From an uncultured delta proteobacterium (GTDB lineage: Bacteria; Myxococcota_A; UBA9160; UBA4427), in the NCBI GenBank assembly GCA_963822965.1, contig CAWGJT010000009.1, positions 16,020 to 80,019 of the forward strand: a DNA stretch of 64,000 nucleotides, read 5' to 3'. A program made the position numbers and the translations under genes. The notes under the pieces are model-generated. The model saw nothing but the letters and a program-made list of their open reading frames with translations. It was not told the DNA's origin and did not search any database. Shown piece after piece: positions 21,219-33,081 of the stretch. Each line of letters opens with the position of its first letter. The first letter of the stretch is position 1.

Positions 21219-22694
21219 GACGGCTCCGGCGGACGGCGCAGGTGGTGATCCGTGCGCCGTTGGAAGGCGTCCGCGACGCGCAGCAGGGTCGCCTCGTCCA
21301 GCGGCCGGCCCAGCAGCTGCAGGCCCACCGGCATGCCGGACGCCGCACCGCAGGGCAGCGAGACGCCGGGAACGCCCGCGAGATTCGCGGTGACGGTGAA
21401 GACGTCCGACAGATACATCCGGAGGGGATCGTCGCTCCGCTCGCCGAGCGGAAACGCAACCTCGGGACTCGTCGGCAGGGCCAGCACGTCGCAGGCGGAG
21501 AAGGCCCGCTCGAAGTCCTGCCGCAGCAGCGTGCGCACCTGCTGCGCCTTGCGGTAGTAGGCGTCGTAGTAGCCGGCGCGACAGCACGTAGGTGCCGAGC
21601 AGGATGCGGCGCTTCACCTCGGCGCCGAACCCCTCGGAGCGCGAGCGGCGGTAGAGGTCGTCCATGTCCCGCGCGTTCGCGGCCCGCCGGCCGTAGCGGA
21701 CCCCGTCGAAGCGGGCGAGGTTGCTCGACGCCTCGGCGGTGGCGATCAGGTAGTAGGTGGCGATCGCATAGCGGCTGTGGGGCAGCGACACCTCGACGAT
21801 CTTCGCGCCGGCGGCTTCGAGCTCGGCAACGCCTTCCCGCACCGCGCTCGAGCACGTCCGCGTCCACGCCTTCGCTGACGAAGCACTCGCGCGGAAGCCC
21901 GATCCGGAGGCCGGAAACGTCTCCCGTGAGCGCCGCGTCGAAATCCGGCACGGACTCGGGGATCGACGTGGAATCGCGCGGGTCGTGGCCGGCGATCTCG
22001 CCCAGGATCCACGCGCAGTCGCGCGCCGATCGCGCGATCGGTCCGATCTGGTCGAGGGACGACGCGTAGGCGACGAGCCCCCAGCGCGAGACGCGGCCGT
22101 AGGTCGGCTTGAGGCCCGTCACGCCGCAGAAGCCCGCGGGCTGGCGGATCGAGCCGCCCGTGTCGCTGCCGAGCGCCATGGGCACGATGCCCGCCGCCAC
22201 CGCCGCCGCGGGTCCGCCCGAGGAGCCCCCGCAGGTCCGGGACGGGTCCCACGGGTTGTGGGTCGGCCCGTAGCAGCGAGCTCTCGGTCGAGGAGCCCAT
22301 GGCGAACTCGTCCATGTTGGCGCGGCCGAGCACGATGGCGCCGGCGCGCCCGAGCCGCTCCACCACGGCGGCGTCGTACGGGCGAGACGAAGCCCTCCAG
22401 GATGCGCGAGCCGCAGGTGGTGGGCTCTCCCCGCTGGACCAGGTTGTCCTTCAGCAGCAGGGGAACGCCGTCGAGACGCGAGCGGAGCTCCCCCGCGCGC
22501 CGACGTTCGTCTGCGGCCCGGGCCTCCCGCAGGGCCGCGCCGGGCCGAACGCCCACCACGGCGCCCAGCGCCGCCCGGGCCTGGGCCCGCGAGAGTGCGG
22601 CCTCCACCAGCTCGACGGACGAGACGCCGCCCCCGTCGAGCTGTCGGCGGGCCTCGGCCAGGCTGGCCAGGGCCGCTGCGGGGTCGGCCGTCAC
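21215..22694 (-). CDS. gatA: Asp/Glu-tRNA amidotransferase subunit A (frameshifted)
   Basis: [68 protein letters not shown]. Confidence 0.95.
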
Positions 22695-22995
22695 GATCCT
22701 TCCTCGTCGATCACCCGGGGCACCACGAACGCCGTACCCGCCGATTCCGGGGCGTTGGACATCGACCAGGTCCGCGTCCAGGGGCTCCACGGCCACGTCC
22801 TCCCGCAGCGGCGTCGGCAGGGCGATGGCGTGGGCGGTCGGCTCGACCCCCTCCGTGTCGAGGGCCTGGAGGTCCGCCACGTAGTCGAGGATCCGCTCGA
22901 GATCCCGCTCCATGCGCCCGGGCGCCGTCTTCGCTGAGGGAGAGCTGGGAGAGCGCGGCGATGCGGTCGACCTGCTGCCGGGTGATCCGCGCCAT
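22691..22995 (-). CDS. gatC: Asp/Glu-tRNA amidotransferase subunit C (frameshifted)
   Basis: [41 protein letters not shown]; precedes gatA. Confidence 0.9.
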
Positions 22996-23025
22996 CGGGC
23001 GCAGAGGCTACCAGAGCGGTCGCGT

Positions 23026-23054
23026 TTGCGCCCGACCCCGCCGCCGCTTACCTT
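23026..23054 (+). promoter_or_regulatory. Putative sigma70 promoter of DEAD helicase gene
   Basis: TTGCGC (23026-23031), 17 nt, TACCTT (23049-23054); ATG 11 nt further downstream. Confidence 0.5.
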
Positions 23055-23065
23055 CGCGCGCCTAC

Positions 23066-24505
23066 ATGGCCGAACTGACTGAACTTTTCTCGCAGCTTCC
23101 CGAAGACATCCAGACCGCCCTGCAAGAGCTGGGCTGGTCCACGCCCACGCCCGTCCAGGCGAAGGCGATCCCGCTCATGCGCGACGGCGGCGATCTGATC
23201 ATCCAGGCGCAGACGGGCAGCGGCAAGACCGGCGCCTTCGGGATCCCCATCGTCGAGTGCATCGACGTCGAGCAGCGCACCATCCAGGCCCTCGTCATGC
23301 TGCCGACCCGCGAGCTCGCCAACCAGGTCGCGAACGAGCTTCGCATCCTCGGTGCACACCGCGGCGTGAAGGTGCTGCCCGTCTACGGCGGCGTCGGCTA
23401 CGGGCCGCAGATCGAAGCCCTCGAAGGGGGCACCCACGTGTCGTCGGCACGCCGGGCCGCATCCTCGACCACCTGGGCAACGGCCGCATGAGCCTCCAGG
23501 ACGTGCGGGTGCTGGTGCTCGACGAGGCGGACGAGATGCTCTCGCTGGGCTTCTGGCCCGACATGCGGGAGATCGCGGGCTATCTGCCCGAAGAAGCGCA
23601 GCTCCCATCTCTTCTCGGCCACGATTCCCGAGAAGGTGCGGTCGCTGTCGCGCTTCTTCCTGCACGACGAGACCTACGTCGCGCTCGACGAGAGCCAGCA
23701 CGGCCCCCAGCAGATCGAGCACTTCTACTACGTCTGCCCCGCCGCGGAGAAGGAGGCGCTGCTCGCGCGGATCCTCGAGTACGAGGATCCCGAGAGCGCG
23801 ATCATCTTCTGCAACACCAAGGCCGACGTCCGCTTCGTGACGGGCTACCTGCAGAAGCGAGGCTTCGACGCCGACCAGATCTCGGGCGACCTCGCCCAGG
23901 CCGCCCGCGAGAAGGCGATGCGGCGCATCAAGGAAGGGAAGCTGCGCTTCCTGGTGGCCACCGACGTCGCCGCTCGCGGCATCGACATCAGCGACCTCTC
24001 CCACGTCATCAGCTACTCGACCCCCGACTCGCCCGAGGTGTACGTCCACCGCACGGGTCGCACCGGTCGGGCCGGCAAGGCCGGCGTCGCCATCTCGCTG
24101 ATCTCGGGCCTCGACATCGGCAACTTCCGCTTCATGCAGCAGGTCAACAAGATCAAGATCCTCGAGCGCAAGCTCCCCACCGAGAAGCAGCTGATCTCGC
24201 GCACGCGCGAGCGCCTGCAGGTGAAGGTGGAGCACGAGCTGCGGGCGGTCCCCAAGTCGGAGCAGACGTACATCATCGACCGCCTGATCCCGGTGGTGGA
24301 GGAGATGGCCGACAGCATCGAGGGTCGTCGCGACCTCGCCGCGGTGTGCGCCGCCTATCTGAAGGAGCACCGGCCGGAGACGACCGTCGACGAGAGCGAG
24401 ATCGAGAGCGAGAGCACGTCCCCGCCCCCGGAAGAGCCCCGCCGCCCGCGCCGCGGCGGCGACCGCAAGGGGCGCGGCCGGAGTCGCGGCCGCCCGCGAC
24501 GCTAG
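23066..24505 (+). CDS. DEAD-box RNA helicase (frameshifted)
   Basis: PTPVQ, AQTGSGKT, PTRELA, TPGR, LDEADEML, FSAT, TDVAARGID, YVHRTGRTGRAG, Arg-rich tail. Confidence 0.93.
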
Positions 24506-24518
24506 CCCGGCCTGCTCG

Positions 24519-25805
24519 ATGAAGCCGGAAGCGCGGCTCGCAGGCCCGCTCGGCTCCTGGTTTCCCGTCCACCTCCCCGAGCGCTTTCGCACGCCCGGCC
24601 CGTGGCTGTGGGCGGCCCTCGCGCTGGGAGCCGCCGCGCGGGCGTGGTTCGTGCTGGGAACCGGAGGCACCCTCGACGTCGACGTGTGGGCCGGCCATGC
24701 CTGGGAGATCAACCAGAAGGGACTGATCGGCTACTACCACGGCGGCGAGTACATCTTCAACCACCCGCCGCTCATGGGCGAGATCTTCTCGCGCCTCTAC
24801 GTGCTGGCGGCGACGACGGGCATTCCCTTCGCGGTGCTCCTGCGCGCGCCCTTCGCCTTCCTGGACTTCGGCACCGCGCTGCTGGTCTGGAAGCTCCTCG
24901 AAGGCGACCCGCGTCGCTTCGCCTTCCTGGCCGCCTACTGGCTGCTGCCCCTGGCGATCGTCTTCTCGTCCTACCACGGGAACACCGACTCGGCGCTGGC
25001 CTTCTTCGTGACCGGCGCGGTGATCCTCGTCTCCCGGCAGAAGCCGCTGTGGGCGGGCGTCGTGCTCGGGATGGGGCTGTGGATCAAGTTCCCCGCGGTG
25101 CTCGCCGTCCCGGCGCTGGCCTTCGGCCTCGCCGGCTGGCGCGACCGGGCCGCCTTCGTGGCCGCCACCGGCGCCGTGGGAATCGCGAGCTACGTGCCCG
25201 CGCTGCTGCAGGATGCGCGGGTGGTGATCGACTCGGTCTTCCTCTATCCGGGACTGCAGATCCGCTCGCCCGCGGGCGTCGCCGTGTGGGGCATCCAGGT
25301 CTTCTATCCCGACCCGCAGTCGCTTCCGGCGGACTGGCGCGACCTCTTCCGGCAGGCGGTCCGCGCGATCTACCTGGCGAACAGCTGGATCTGCGTCGTC
25401 CCCATCGTCTTCCTCGCCTGGGCCCGGCGCGAGGCCCGCTCGCCGCTGGGCATCGCCGGCAACGTCGGCGCCAGCTACGTGGTCTTCCACGGCCTCACGA
25501 ACTTCTGGGCCTTCCAGTACCTGGCCTGGGCGCTTCCCCTGTGGCTCGTGGCGGGCGGGCGCTTCACCCTGCCGGCGATGCTCGTGACCACCGCCTACGT
25601 GTACGGCCTCGACGCGTGGCTCTGCGGCGGGCTCTCCCTGGCCGGCAGCTGGGACTTCCTCGGCAAGCCGCACTGGCCGCGGTGGATCCTGCTCGTGCGC
25701 GACGGTGCCGTTCTCTTCTTCCTGGCGAGCGCGTGCTTCCTCCTCGTGCGAGACGGTCGCGAAGCCGTGCGGGACGTCCTGCGACCGCGTTCGGCGGCCG
25801 GCTGA
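24519..25805 (+). CDS. GT-C membrane glycosyltransferase (GT87/PIG-M-like)
   Basis: Polytopic; GTLDV, FNHPPL, HGNTDS, IKFP and QYLAW motifs. Confidence 0.6.
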   Translation: MKPEARLAGPLGSWFPVHLPERFRTPGPWLWAALALGAAARAWFVLGTGGTLDVDVWAGHAWEINQKGLIGYYHGGEYIFNHPPLMGEIFSRLYVLAATTGIPFAVLLRAPFAFLDFGTALLVWKLLEGDPRRFAFLAAYWLLPLAIVFSSYHGNTDSALAFFVTGAVILVSRQKPLWAGVVLGMGLWIKFPAVLAVPALAFGLAGWRDRAAFVAATGAVGIASYVPALLQDARVVIDSVFLYPGLQIRSPAGVAVWGIQVFYPDPQSLPADWRDLFRQAVRAIYLANSWICVVPIVFLAWARREARSPLGIAGNVGASYVVFHGLTNFWAFQYLAWALPLWLVAGGRFTLPAMLVTTAYVYGLDAWLCGGLSLAGSWDFLGKPHWPRWILLVRDGAVLFFLASACFLLVRDGREAVRDVLRPRSAAG

Positions 25806-25815
25806 GCGCAACGCC

Positions 25816-27246
25816 ATGCTCTTCAGCTCGACGACCTTCCTCTTCGCATTCCTGCCGGTCGTGCTCACCGTGTACCTCGTGGGCGTGCGAGCGGGCGCGA
25901 GCGTGCGGATGCGCAACGCCTGGCTGCTGCTCGCGAGCCTGCTCTTCTACGCCTGGGGCGAGACGCTCTACGTGGCGGTCCTGCTCGTCTCGATCGCCGG
26001 AAACCACGTCTTCGGCCGGTTCATCGATCGCAGCGAGAGCCCCGTCGGTCGGCGGCGCGTGCTTGCGGCGGCGGTGGCCGGGAACCTCGGTCTGCTCTTC
26101 TGCTTCAAGTACGCGAACTTCTTCGCCGACGGCTGGAACGCCGTGCTGGTCCCCGCCGGCGCGGCACGCCTCGATCTGGCGCCCGTCCATCTCCCCATCG
26201 GCATCTCGTTCTTCACGTTCCAGGCCCTCACCTACGTGGTGGACGTCTACCGCCGCGACGCGCCCGCGGCGGGCTCGCTCGCCCGGGTGGGGCTCTACAT
26301 CTCGCTCTTCCCCCAGCTCATCGCGGGCCCGATCGTCCGCTACGCGAGCATCGCGGTGGAGCTCCGCGAGCGGCGAGCGAGCGCCGAGGACGTGGCGGCC
26401 GGAATCCGGCGCTTCACCATCGGCCTGGGCAAGAAGGTGCTCGTCGCGAACACTCTGTCGGTCCCGGCCGACGGCATCTTCGCGCTGCCACCGGGCGAGC
26501 TGGGAGCGAGCGTCGCCTGGCTCGGTGCCGTCTGCTACGCGCTGCAGATCTACTTCGACTTCTCCGGCTACTCCGACATGGCCATCGGCCTCGGTCGCAT
26601 CTTCGGCTTCCACTTTCCCGAGAACTTCCTGCACCCCTACACGTCGCGTTCGGTCCGGGAGTTCTGGCGACGCTGGCACGTGACCCTCTCGACGTGGTTC
26701 CGGGACTACCTCTACATCCCGCTGGGCGGCAGCCGGCGGGGCGCCCTGCGGACCCACGCGAACCTGCTCGCCGTCTTCGTCCTCTGCGGGCTGTGGCACG
26801 GGGCGAGCGCCACCTTCCTGGTGTGGGGGCTGCTGCACGGAAGCCTGATGGTGGCCGAGCGGCAGGGGCTCGGACGGATGCTCGAGCGCCTGCCCGGCGG
26901 GCTCGCCCGGACCTACACGCTGCTCGCGGTCACCCTCGCGTGGGTGGTCTTCCGGTCCGACGACCTGCCGCACGCGGCGGGCTACGCGGCCGCCCTCTTC
27001 TCCCCGGGCGGCGATCCCCAGGCGGTCCATCCCCTCGCGCTCTTCCTCGACGCGAAGGTGGCGCTGGCGATCGCGGCGGGCGTCGCGGGCTCGGCTCCGT
27101 GGCTCGACGCGTGGCGCGCGCGCCTCGAGCCGCTCTCCGCGGGCTGGCGGATCGCCCGGCATCTCGCGCTCGATCTGCTGCTGTGCGCGTGCGCCATGGC
27201 GCTCGCCTCCGGCACCCACAATCCCTTCATCTACTTCCGGTTCTGA
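25816..27246 (+). CDS. MBOAT O-acyltransferase, AlgI/PatA-like
   Basis: MLFSS...F, LPIGISFFTFQ, FPQLIAGPIVR, YFDFSGYSDMAIG, FWRRWH, LWHGA, NPFIYFRF. Confidence 0.93.
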   Translation: MLFSSTTFLFAFLPVVLTVYLVGVRAGASVRMRNAWLLLASLLFYAWGETLYVAVLLVSIAGNHVFGRFIDRSESPVGRRRVLAAAVAGNLGLLFCFKYANFFADGWNAVLVPAGAARLDLAPVHLPIGISFFTFQALTYVVDVYRRDAPAAGSLARVGLYISLFPQLIAGPIVRYASIAVELRERRASAEDVAAGIRRFTIGLGKKVLVANTLSVPADGIFALPPGELGASVAWLGAVCYALQIYFDFSGYSDMAIGLGRIFGFHFPENFLHPYTSRSVREFWRRWHVTLSTWFRDYLYIPLGGSRRGALRTHANLLAVFVLCGLWHGASATFLVWGLLHGSLMVAERQGLGRMLERLPGGLARTYTLLAVTLAWVVFRSDDLPHAAGYAAALFSPGGDPQAVHPLALFLDAKVALAIAAGVAGSAPWLDAWRARLEPLSAGWRIARHLALDLLLCACAMALASGTHNPFIYFRF

Positions 27247-27265
27247 CGCGAGCCCGTGAGCGCGC

Positions 27266-28500
27266 ATGACGAGCGGCCTCCACACGAGCGACGCTCGACA
27301 GCCGGATCACGCTGGCGGTCTTCCTCGCCCTGCTGTGGCTGCCCCTGGTGGTGAGCGCTCTCTCCCGGGACACCGGCGTCTCCCTCGGACGAGCAGCGGA
27401 CGCTGGCGCCCCTGCCGTCCTTCGCGATCCGAGCGCCCTGGCCGACCTGCCCACGCGCCTCGAGCACTACTGGGACGACCGCATGGGTCTGCGAGAGGAC
27501 CTGATCCGCGCCTGGGCCTGGCTCCACATCGAGCTTCTCGGGGTCTCGCCCTCGGACAAGCTCATCGTGGGGCGGGAAGGCTGGCTCTTCTTCGGCGACG
27601 CCGGACGCCGTCGCCCAGTACCGGGGCCTGGCGCGCTTCGACGAGCCGGCGCTGGAGCGGTGGACGCGGGTGCTCGAGGAGCGCAACGCCTGGCTCGCGG
27701 AGCGCGGGATCGCCTACCTGCTGGTGGTGGTCCCCAACAAGCACCGCATGTACGCCGAGTACATGCCGCGGTCGATTCCCCAGGTCGCACGAGACCTCAC
27801 AGCTCGACCAGCTCGCCGCGGCGTTGCGGGCGCGCGGGACGGTGCCGTTCCTCGACCTGCGCGAGACCCTCGCCCGGGCGGGACGCACGAGCGCGGACCT
27901 ACCATCGAACCGATACCCACTGGAACGACGTCGGTGCCTACGCGGCGTACCGGGCGATCCTCGACGGCGCTGGCGCCTCGCGTGCCTTCGCTGGCGCCCG
28001 TCAGCCCGTGGCGGTTCGCGCGCTCGAGCGGACGACGCCCGGTCTCGGGCTGGCCGCGCATCGTCGGGCTGAGCCTCGTCTACCCCGAGCGCTCGCTGGA
28101 CCTCGTGGTCGAGTCGCCGCGCGCGGCGGTTCCGAGCGAGCGGCGCGCGGCCTTCGAGGATCGCAACGCCGCCAGCTCGCCTTCGCCCTGGGTACGGGCG
28201 ATCCCGCCCTGCCCTCCGCGGTGGTATTCCGCGACTCCTTCGCGGACGCCCTCGTGCCCTTCCTCTCGGAGAGCTTCTCGCGGGTCGTCTACGTCTGGCA
28301 GCGCGACGTCGATCCGAGCGTGGTGGAGGCCGAGCGGCCGGACGTCGTCATCCAGGAGATCGCCGAGCGCTTCCTGGGCCGGCGCCCTGGGAATCGAGGC
28401 GGCGCGCTCGCAGCACCGTGCGCTCACGCGGTGGCCGAGGAGCGCGGTCCGCCTCGCCGGGCGCGGTGCGAGCCCGCAGCGAGCGGTCGGCGGCGACTGA
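27266..28500 (+). CDS. AlgJ/AlgX-like SGNH O-acetyltransferase (multiple frameshifts)
   Basis: GREGWLFF, VPNK, TDTHWN, FRDSF, QEIAER across frames; directly follows the AlgI-like gene. Confidence 0.85.
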
Positions 28501-29368
28501 CGACGACGCCCGCTCCCGAGGCGCGGCGAGCAGCGCCTCGGGCGACGCGTCCTCGCCGAGACCGGCTCGCAGGGCGGAGCGCGTGGGACTCGCGGCGTCC
28601 GCGGCAAGAATCCCGGCGCCTCGCGGCGAAGACGCCGTCGCCGCGCCGGCGCCAGCACGCGGCGCTCGTCGCCCGCGATCGAGACCGCCGCGAGCGCACC
28701 GCTCGCGTCGGCGAGCGCGAGGGTCGCCCCGCCCGAGACGGGGCGCTTCAGGCACCAGTCGAGGCACCCGGCCACGTCGCCGAATCGCTGCAGACACTCC
28801 TGCACGAGCAGCTGGCACGACGGCGACAGTCCCCCGCGTACGGCGCCGGTCGGCGCGATGGCGACGGCGACACCCGGCTACGTTGACGCCGGCCACCGCG
28901 GTCGCCGTCCAGGGAAGGGTCAGCTCCACGGAGGCGAACCCCACCTCCGGCCGACTCCGGCGCGCGATCCAGCACGCATCGGCCTGCAGGCTGCGCGCGA
29001 CCACGGCGTGCGCTCCGGCGCGCGCGCCGAGCCGCGCTTCGGCGGCGACGGGCTCGTCCGGCAGCTCGCCCGACGCACCGCGCACGAAGAGATCCATCAG
29101 CGCATCGACCGAGGTCCCGGCGCCTCGCGCCATGCCCTGGAAGCGCTCGCCCAGATGCGGGAAGTGCCTCACGATCTCCCGCGCCATGCCCGCGCCCAGG
29201 ACCGGACCCACGAGGAAGGGACGCAGGCTGGCCCGCGCTCTTCCCCGATGCTGGATGCCGGCCCGGGCGAGACGCTCGCGGATGGCGTCCCGACAGGCGC
29301 CACCCTGGCCGCGCCCCATGGCCCGCGGGATCCCCCGCGCACTCGATGAGGAGCAGAGGGGCCGACAT
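28424..29368 (-). CDS. Degenerate C45 (acyl-CoA:6-APA acyltransferase-like) protein, frameshifted
   Basis: IECAGDP..MGRGQG, GMARGAG, ELTLPW..AVAGVN, LADASG resemble the C45 family; catalytic Cys not seen. Confidence 0.45.
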
Positions 29369-29453
29369 GTTCCTTCCGTGCGGGTGCCGGCCGAGCGGCC
29401 GATCGGATGCCCTGGACTCGTCCTGCGGCGCAGGCCGAGCCCCCCTGGGTGGG

Positions 29454-30294
29454 TCAGTCCGAGCTGCGGACGAAGAGGACCTCGTTCGAGCGAGCCCATG
29501 CGGTAGCCCTCGAGGTCGAGCGAGACCCAGCGGAAGCCCAGGGGCTTGATGGCGCGGGCGATCGCGTTCCGCCATCTCGGGGTGGAACGCGCGCTCCATC
29601 TCCTCGGGCGCGATCTCCACGCGCGCGAGATCGCCGTGGTGGCGCAGGCGCACCTGGCGGAAGCCCAGCGCACGCAGCCGCTCCTCGCCCTCCTCGACCT
29701 GGGCGAGCCGCTCGGGCGTCACCTCGGTCCCATAGGGGAGGCGCGAGGAGAGGCAGGCCGACGCGGGCAGATCGGCGGTGGGCAGCCCCACCTCCCGCGA
29801 GAGCGCGCGGATGTCCGCCTTGGAGAGCGCGGCGTCCAGGAAGGGCGAGAGGACCGCGTGCTCGGAAGCCGCTCGGTGCCCGGGACGGAAGTCGCTCGTG
29901 TCGTCGGTGTTGATCGCCGTAGGCGATGGCGTCGAAGGCCAGCTCCCCGCAGATGCCCTCCAGGCGCTCGAAGAGCTCGCTCTTGCAGTGGTAGCAGCGG
30001 TCCGGCGCGTTGGCGCGGTAGGCGTCCCGCTCCATCTCGCGGGTCTGCGACGAAGCGGTGGGGGATGCCGAAGTCCGCGACGATCTGCTCCGCCATGCGG
30101 CGGTGGGACGCCGGATAGGAGGGCGAGACGGCCGTCACGGCAAGGCAGTCGTCGCCCAGCGCGTGTCGCGCAGCCCAGGCGAGATAGCTCGAGTCGACGC
30201 CGCCCGAGAAGGCCACCAGCACGCGACCCGACGCCCGGAGGCGCTCGTAGAGGGCTTCCTGCTTGGCGCGCAGGTCGCGGAGGGGGCTCGACAT
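29454..30294 (-). CDS. larE: ATP-dependent sacrificial sulfur transferase LarE (frameshifted)
   Basis: VAFSGGVDS PP-loop, DRCYHCK, DFRPG, SACLSSR, QVRLRHH, DLEGYRMGS. Confidence 0.88.
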
Positions 30295-30448
30295 GCGACC
30301 CAGGGTACGGAGCGGCCCGGGGAGGGTCAACCGGCGCGCTCCGGGCTCCAGCCGCGCGCCGAAGCGATCCGATAGGGAGCGAGAGGCGAGCCACGGATGC
30401 GTCGAACGGTATAGTCCCGTCCACGGTCCACGCGTTCGGGGGGAACAC

Positions 30449-31540
30449 ATGGCCAGGATCCGCGTGGGGCTTCTCTTCGGCGGGCGCTCCGTCGAGCACG
30501 AGGTGTCGATCAGCTCGGCGACCTCGATCCTGCAGGCCCTCGATCCCGATCGCTACGACGTCACCCTGATCGCGATCGATCCCGACGGCCGCTGGCGTCT
30601 GGGCGCCGGCTCGGAGCTCCTGCCCGAGAAGGCCGTGGCCGGCAGCGAGGTGAGGCTGCCCGCGGTTCCGGGCGGCATGCTGCTCCCCGAGGCGTCCAGC
30701 GACGCGAGCCCGCGCCGCCTGGACGTGGTGTTCCCCATCGTCCACGGGCGGGGCGGTGAGGACGGTCAGGTCCAGGGCCTGCTCGAGCTGGCCGAGATCC
30801 CCTACGTCGGGATCGGGCGTGCTGTCCTCGGCGGTGCAGATGGACAAGGACGTGGCGCGGCGCCTGCTCAAGGCGGCGGGGCTGCCGGTGGTCCCGGACG
30901 TGGTGCTGCGCGGCGCCGACGTCTCCACCGAGGGGCGGCGCGCCGCCGCCCAGGCGGCGGTCGAGACCCTCGGCCTGCCCGTCTTCGTCAAGCCCGCCAA
31001 CTCGGGATCGTCCGTCGGCATCTCGAAGGCCAGGGATCTCGACGCGCTCATCCGAGGCGATCGGCGAGGCCGCCCGCTACGACACGAAGGTCGTCATCGA
31101 GAAGGCCATCGACGCGCGGGAGATCGAGGTGGCGGTGCTCGGGAACGAGAGCCCCGAGGCGTCGGTTCCGGGCGAGATCGTGCCCAGCCACGAGTTCTAC
31201 GACTACGAGGCGAAGTACCTCGACGAGAGCACCGAGCTGCACGTACCGGCGCGCCTGCCCGAGGACGTGACCAAGCTGCTTCGCAGCCTCGCGCTCGAAG
31301 CGTTCCACGCGCTCGAGGCGGAGGGCATCGCGCGCGTCGACTTCTTCGTCGAGCGCGATACCGGGCGCGATCTTCATCAACGAGCTGAACAGCCTGCCGG
31401 GCTTCACCGAGAGCTCGATGTTCCCGCGCCTGTGGGCGGCCTCCGGGCTGCCCTATCCCGCGCTGCTCGACCGCATGATCGATCTGGCGCTCGAGCGGCA
31501 CGCGCGCCGGTCCAGGCTGCAGACCCGCTTCCACCCGTAG
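30449..31540 (+). CDS. ddl: D-alanine--D-alanine ligase (frameshifted)
   Basis: [60 protein letters not shown]; TATAGT -10 element at 30410. Confidence 0.93.
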
Positions 31541-31577
31541 CCGCCGGGGGCGCTCGCAGCCGTGGCGACCGGCGCGA

Positions 31578-33063
31578 TCAGGGTCCGGCGGCGGCGGCCC
31601 GCGGCCGGCGGGCGGGGCCTGGCCTTCCCGGCGGGCGGATGGGCCTTCTTGTGCGGCTCGATCACGTAGCCGAGGGCCCGGAGCTGGGCCTGGTGCATCT
31701 CGTCCAGCTCGACCTCGGGCGCCTTGTCCCACTGGGTCTTGGGCTTCGCGAGGAAGGCCTCCACGTCCGACCGCAGCTCGCTCGCCACATTCGCCTTCTC
31801 GGCGGCCACGTTCCGCTTCTCGCGCGGGTCGACGCTGTGGTCGAAGAGCTCGATCCGCTCCGGCCGGTTCGTCGCGTAGTTCAGGCGGTAGGGCCCCTTC
31901 ACGATCGACGTCGTCGGCTCTGGGTCGGCGCCCACCTTGCCCCAGCTCCGGTCGAGCTGCGCGAAGAAGGAGCGATCCGTCTCGGTGTCGGCGTCGCCGC
32001 TGGAGTCGTCGGCGGCCGCGAGGATGAGCGGAAGCGCGGACTGCCCTTCGGCGCCGGGCAGGGGCGGGAGCCCGAGCATGTCCAGCAGCGTGGGCCAGAC
32101 GTCGACGTTCGCCACACGCTGGTTCACCACGATGCCGGGATCCAGCCGGAACGGCGGAACGATGATCCACGGCGTATTCAGCACCTCGCGATAGAGGTTG
32201 CGCGCGTGACCTTCGATGCCGTGCTCGAAGAAGGCCTCGCCGTGGTCCGAGACGATCACCACCATCGTCTTGTCCGCCAGCCGCAGCTCCCGCAGCGTCT
32301 GCATGATGCGCCCGATGTTGTAGTCGATCCAGTAGATCGAGCTGTCGTAGAAGTCGGAGAACTCGACCCCGAAGTTCGGCGAGAGGTCGGTATAGAGGTA
32401 CTGGTGCACGTCCATGTAGTGCACGTAGAGGAAGAAGGGGTCGGCCACCGCGCCTGTCATGAATTCGATGGCCGAGAGCGTCGCGTCCATGTCGGTGCCG
32501 GGCAGCCGCGCGACCCCGGGCGTGTGACGCATCACCTCGTGCTCGGGCATCGTCTGCCGCGGGCGGATGTAGAGGTCGAAGCCCTGACCGAAGCCGAAGT
32601 TGTTCGCCACCCAGCCGTTGCGCCAGATGCCCGCCGTGCGGTAGCCGGCATCGTGGAAGATCTCTGCGGGCATGACCGCCTGCGGCGGCATGGCGTGGAA
32701 GAATCGCTGGATTCCCGTCCGCTCCGGGTACATCCCCGTCCACATCGAGGCCATCGACGCCTTGGTCCAGCTCGACTGGGCTTCGACGTTCGCGAAGCGG
32801 ATTCCGCTCGCGGCCAGGTCGGCCAGCACCGGGCTGGTGGTCCGATCGTAGCCGTATGCCGAGAGGCGGTCGGCGCGCAGCATGTCGATCACGATGAAGA
32901 CGACGTTCAGGTGATCCCGCTGGCGCAGGGTCGTGAGGTCGCCGACCGTGCCCTCCGGGCGCGACGGCGGATCCAGCCGGATCTGGGACAGGACCGCCGC
33001 GACGATCAGGATCCCCGCGAGTGAGAAGTAGAACCACGAGGAATCGATGAGCTTGCGCAGCAA
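31578..33063 (-). CDS. Membrane-anchored sulfatase-like protein
   Basis: N-terminal TM, IDMLRAD, SSWTKASM, HYMDVH, SDHGE, LRALGYV; the ORF runs to 31453 over ddl, so the true stop is probably ~31578. Confidence 0.85.
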
Positions 33064-33081
33064 GTGGCGGGTCTCCGTCCT

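Noticed and set aside
14585-31540. Pseudogenisation or programmed frameshifting of housekeeping genes
   Set aside because: Indels are scattered without slippery sites and hit essential genes, which is best explained by sequencing error
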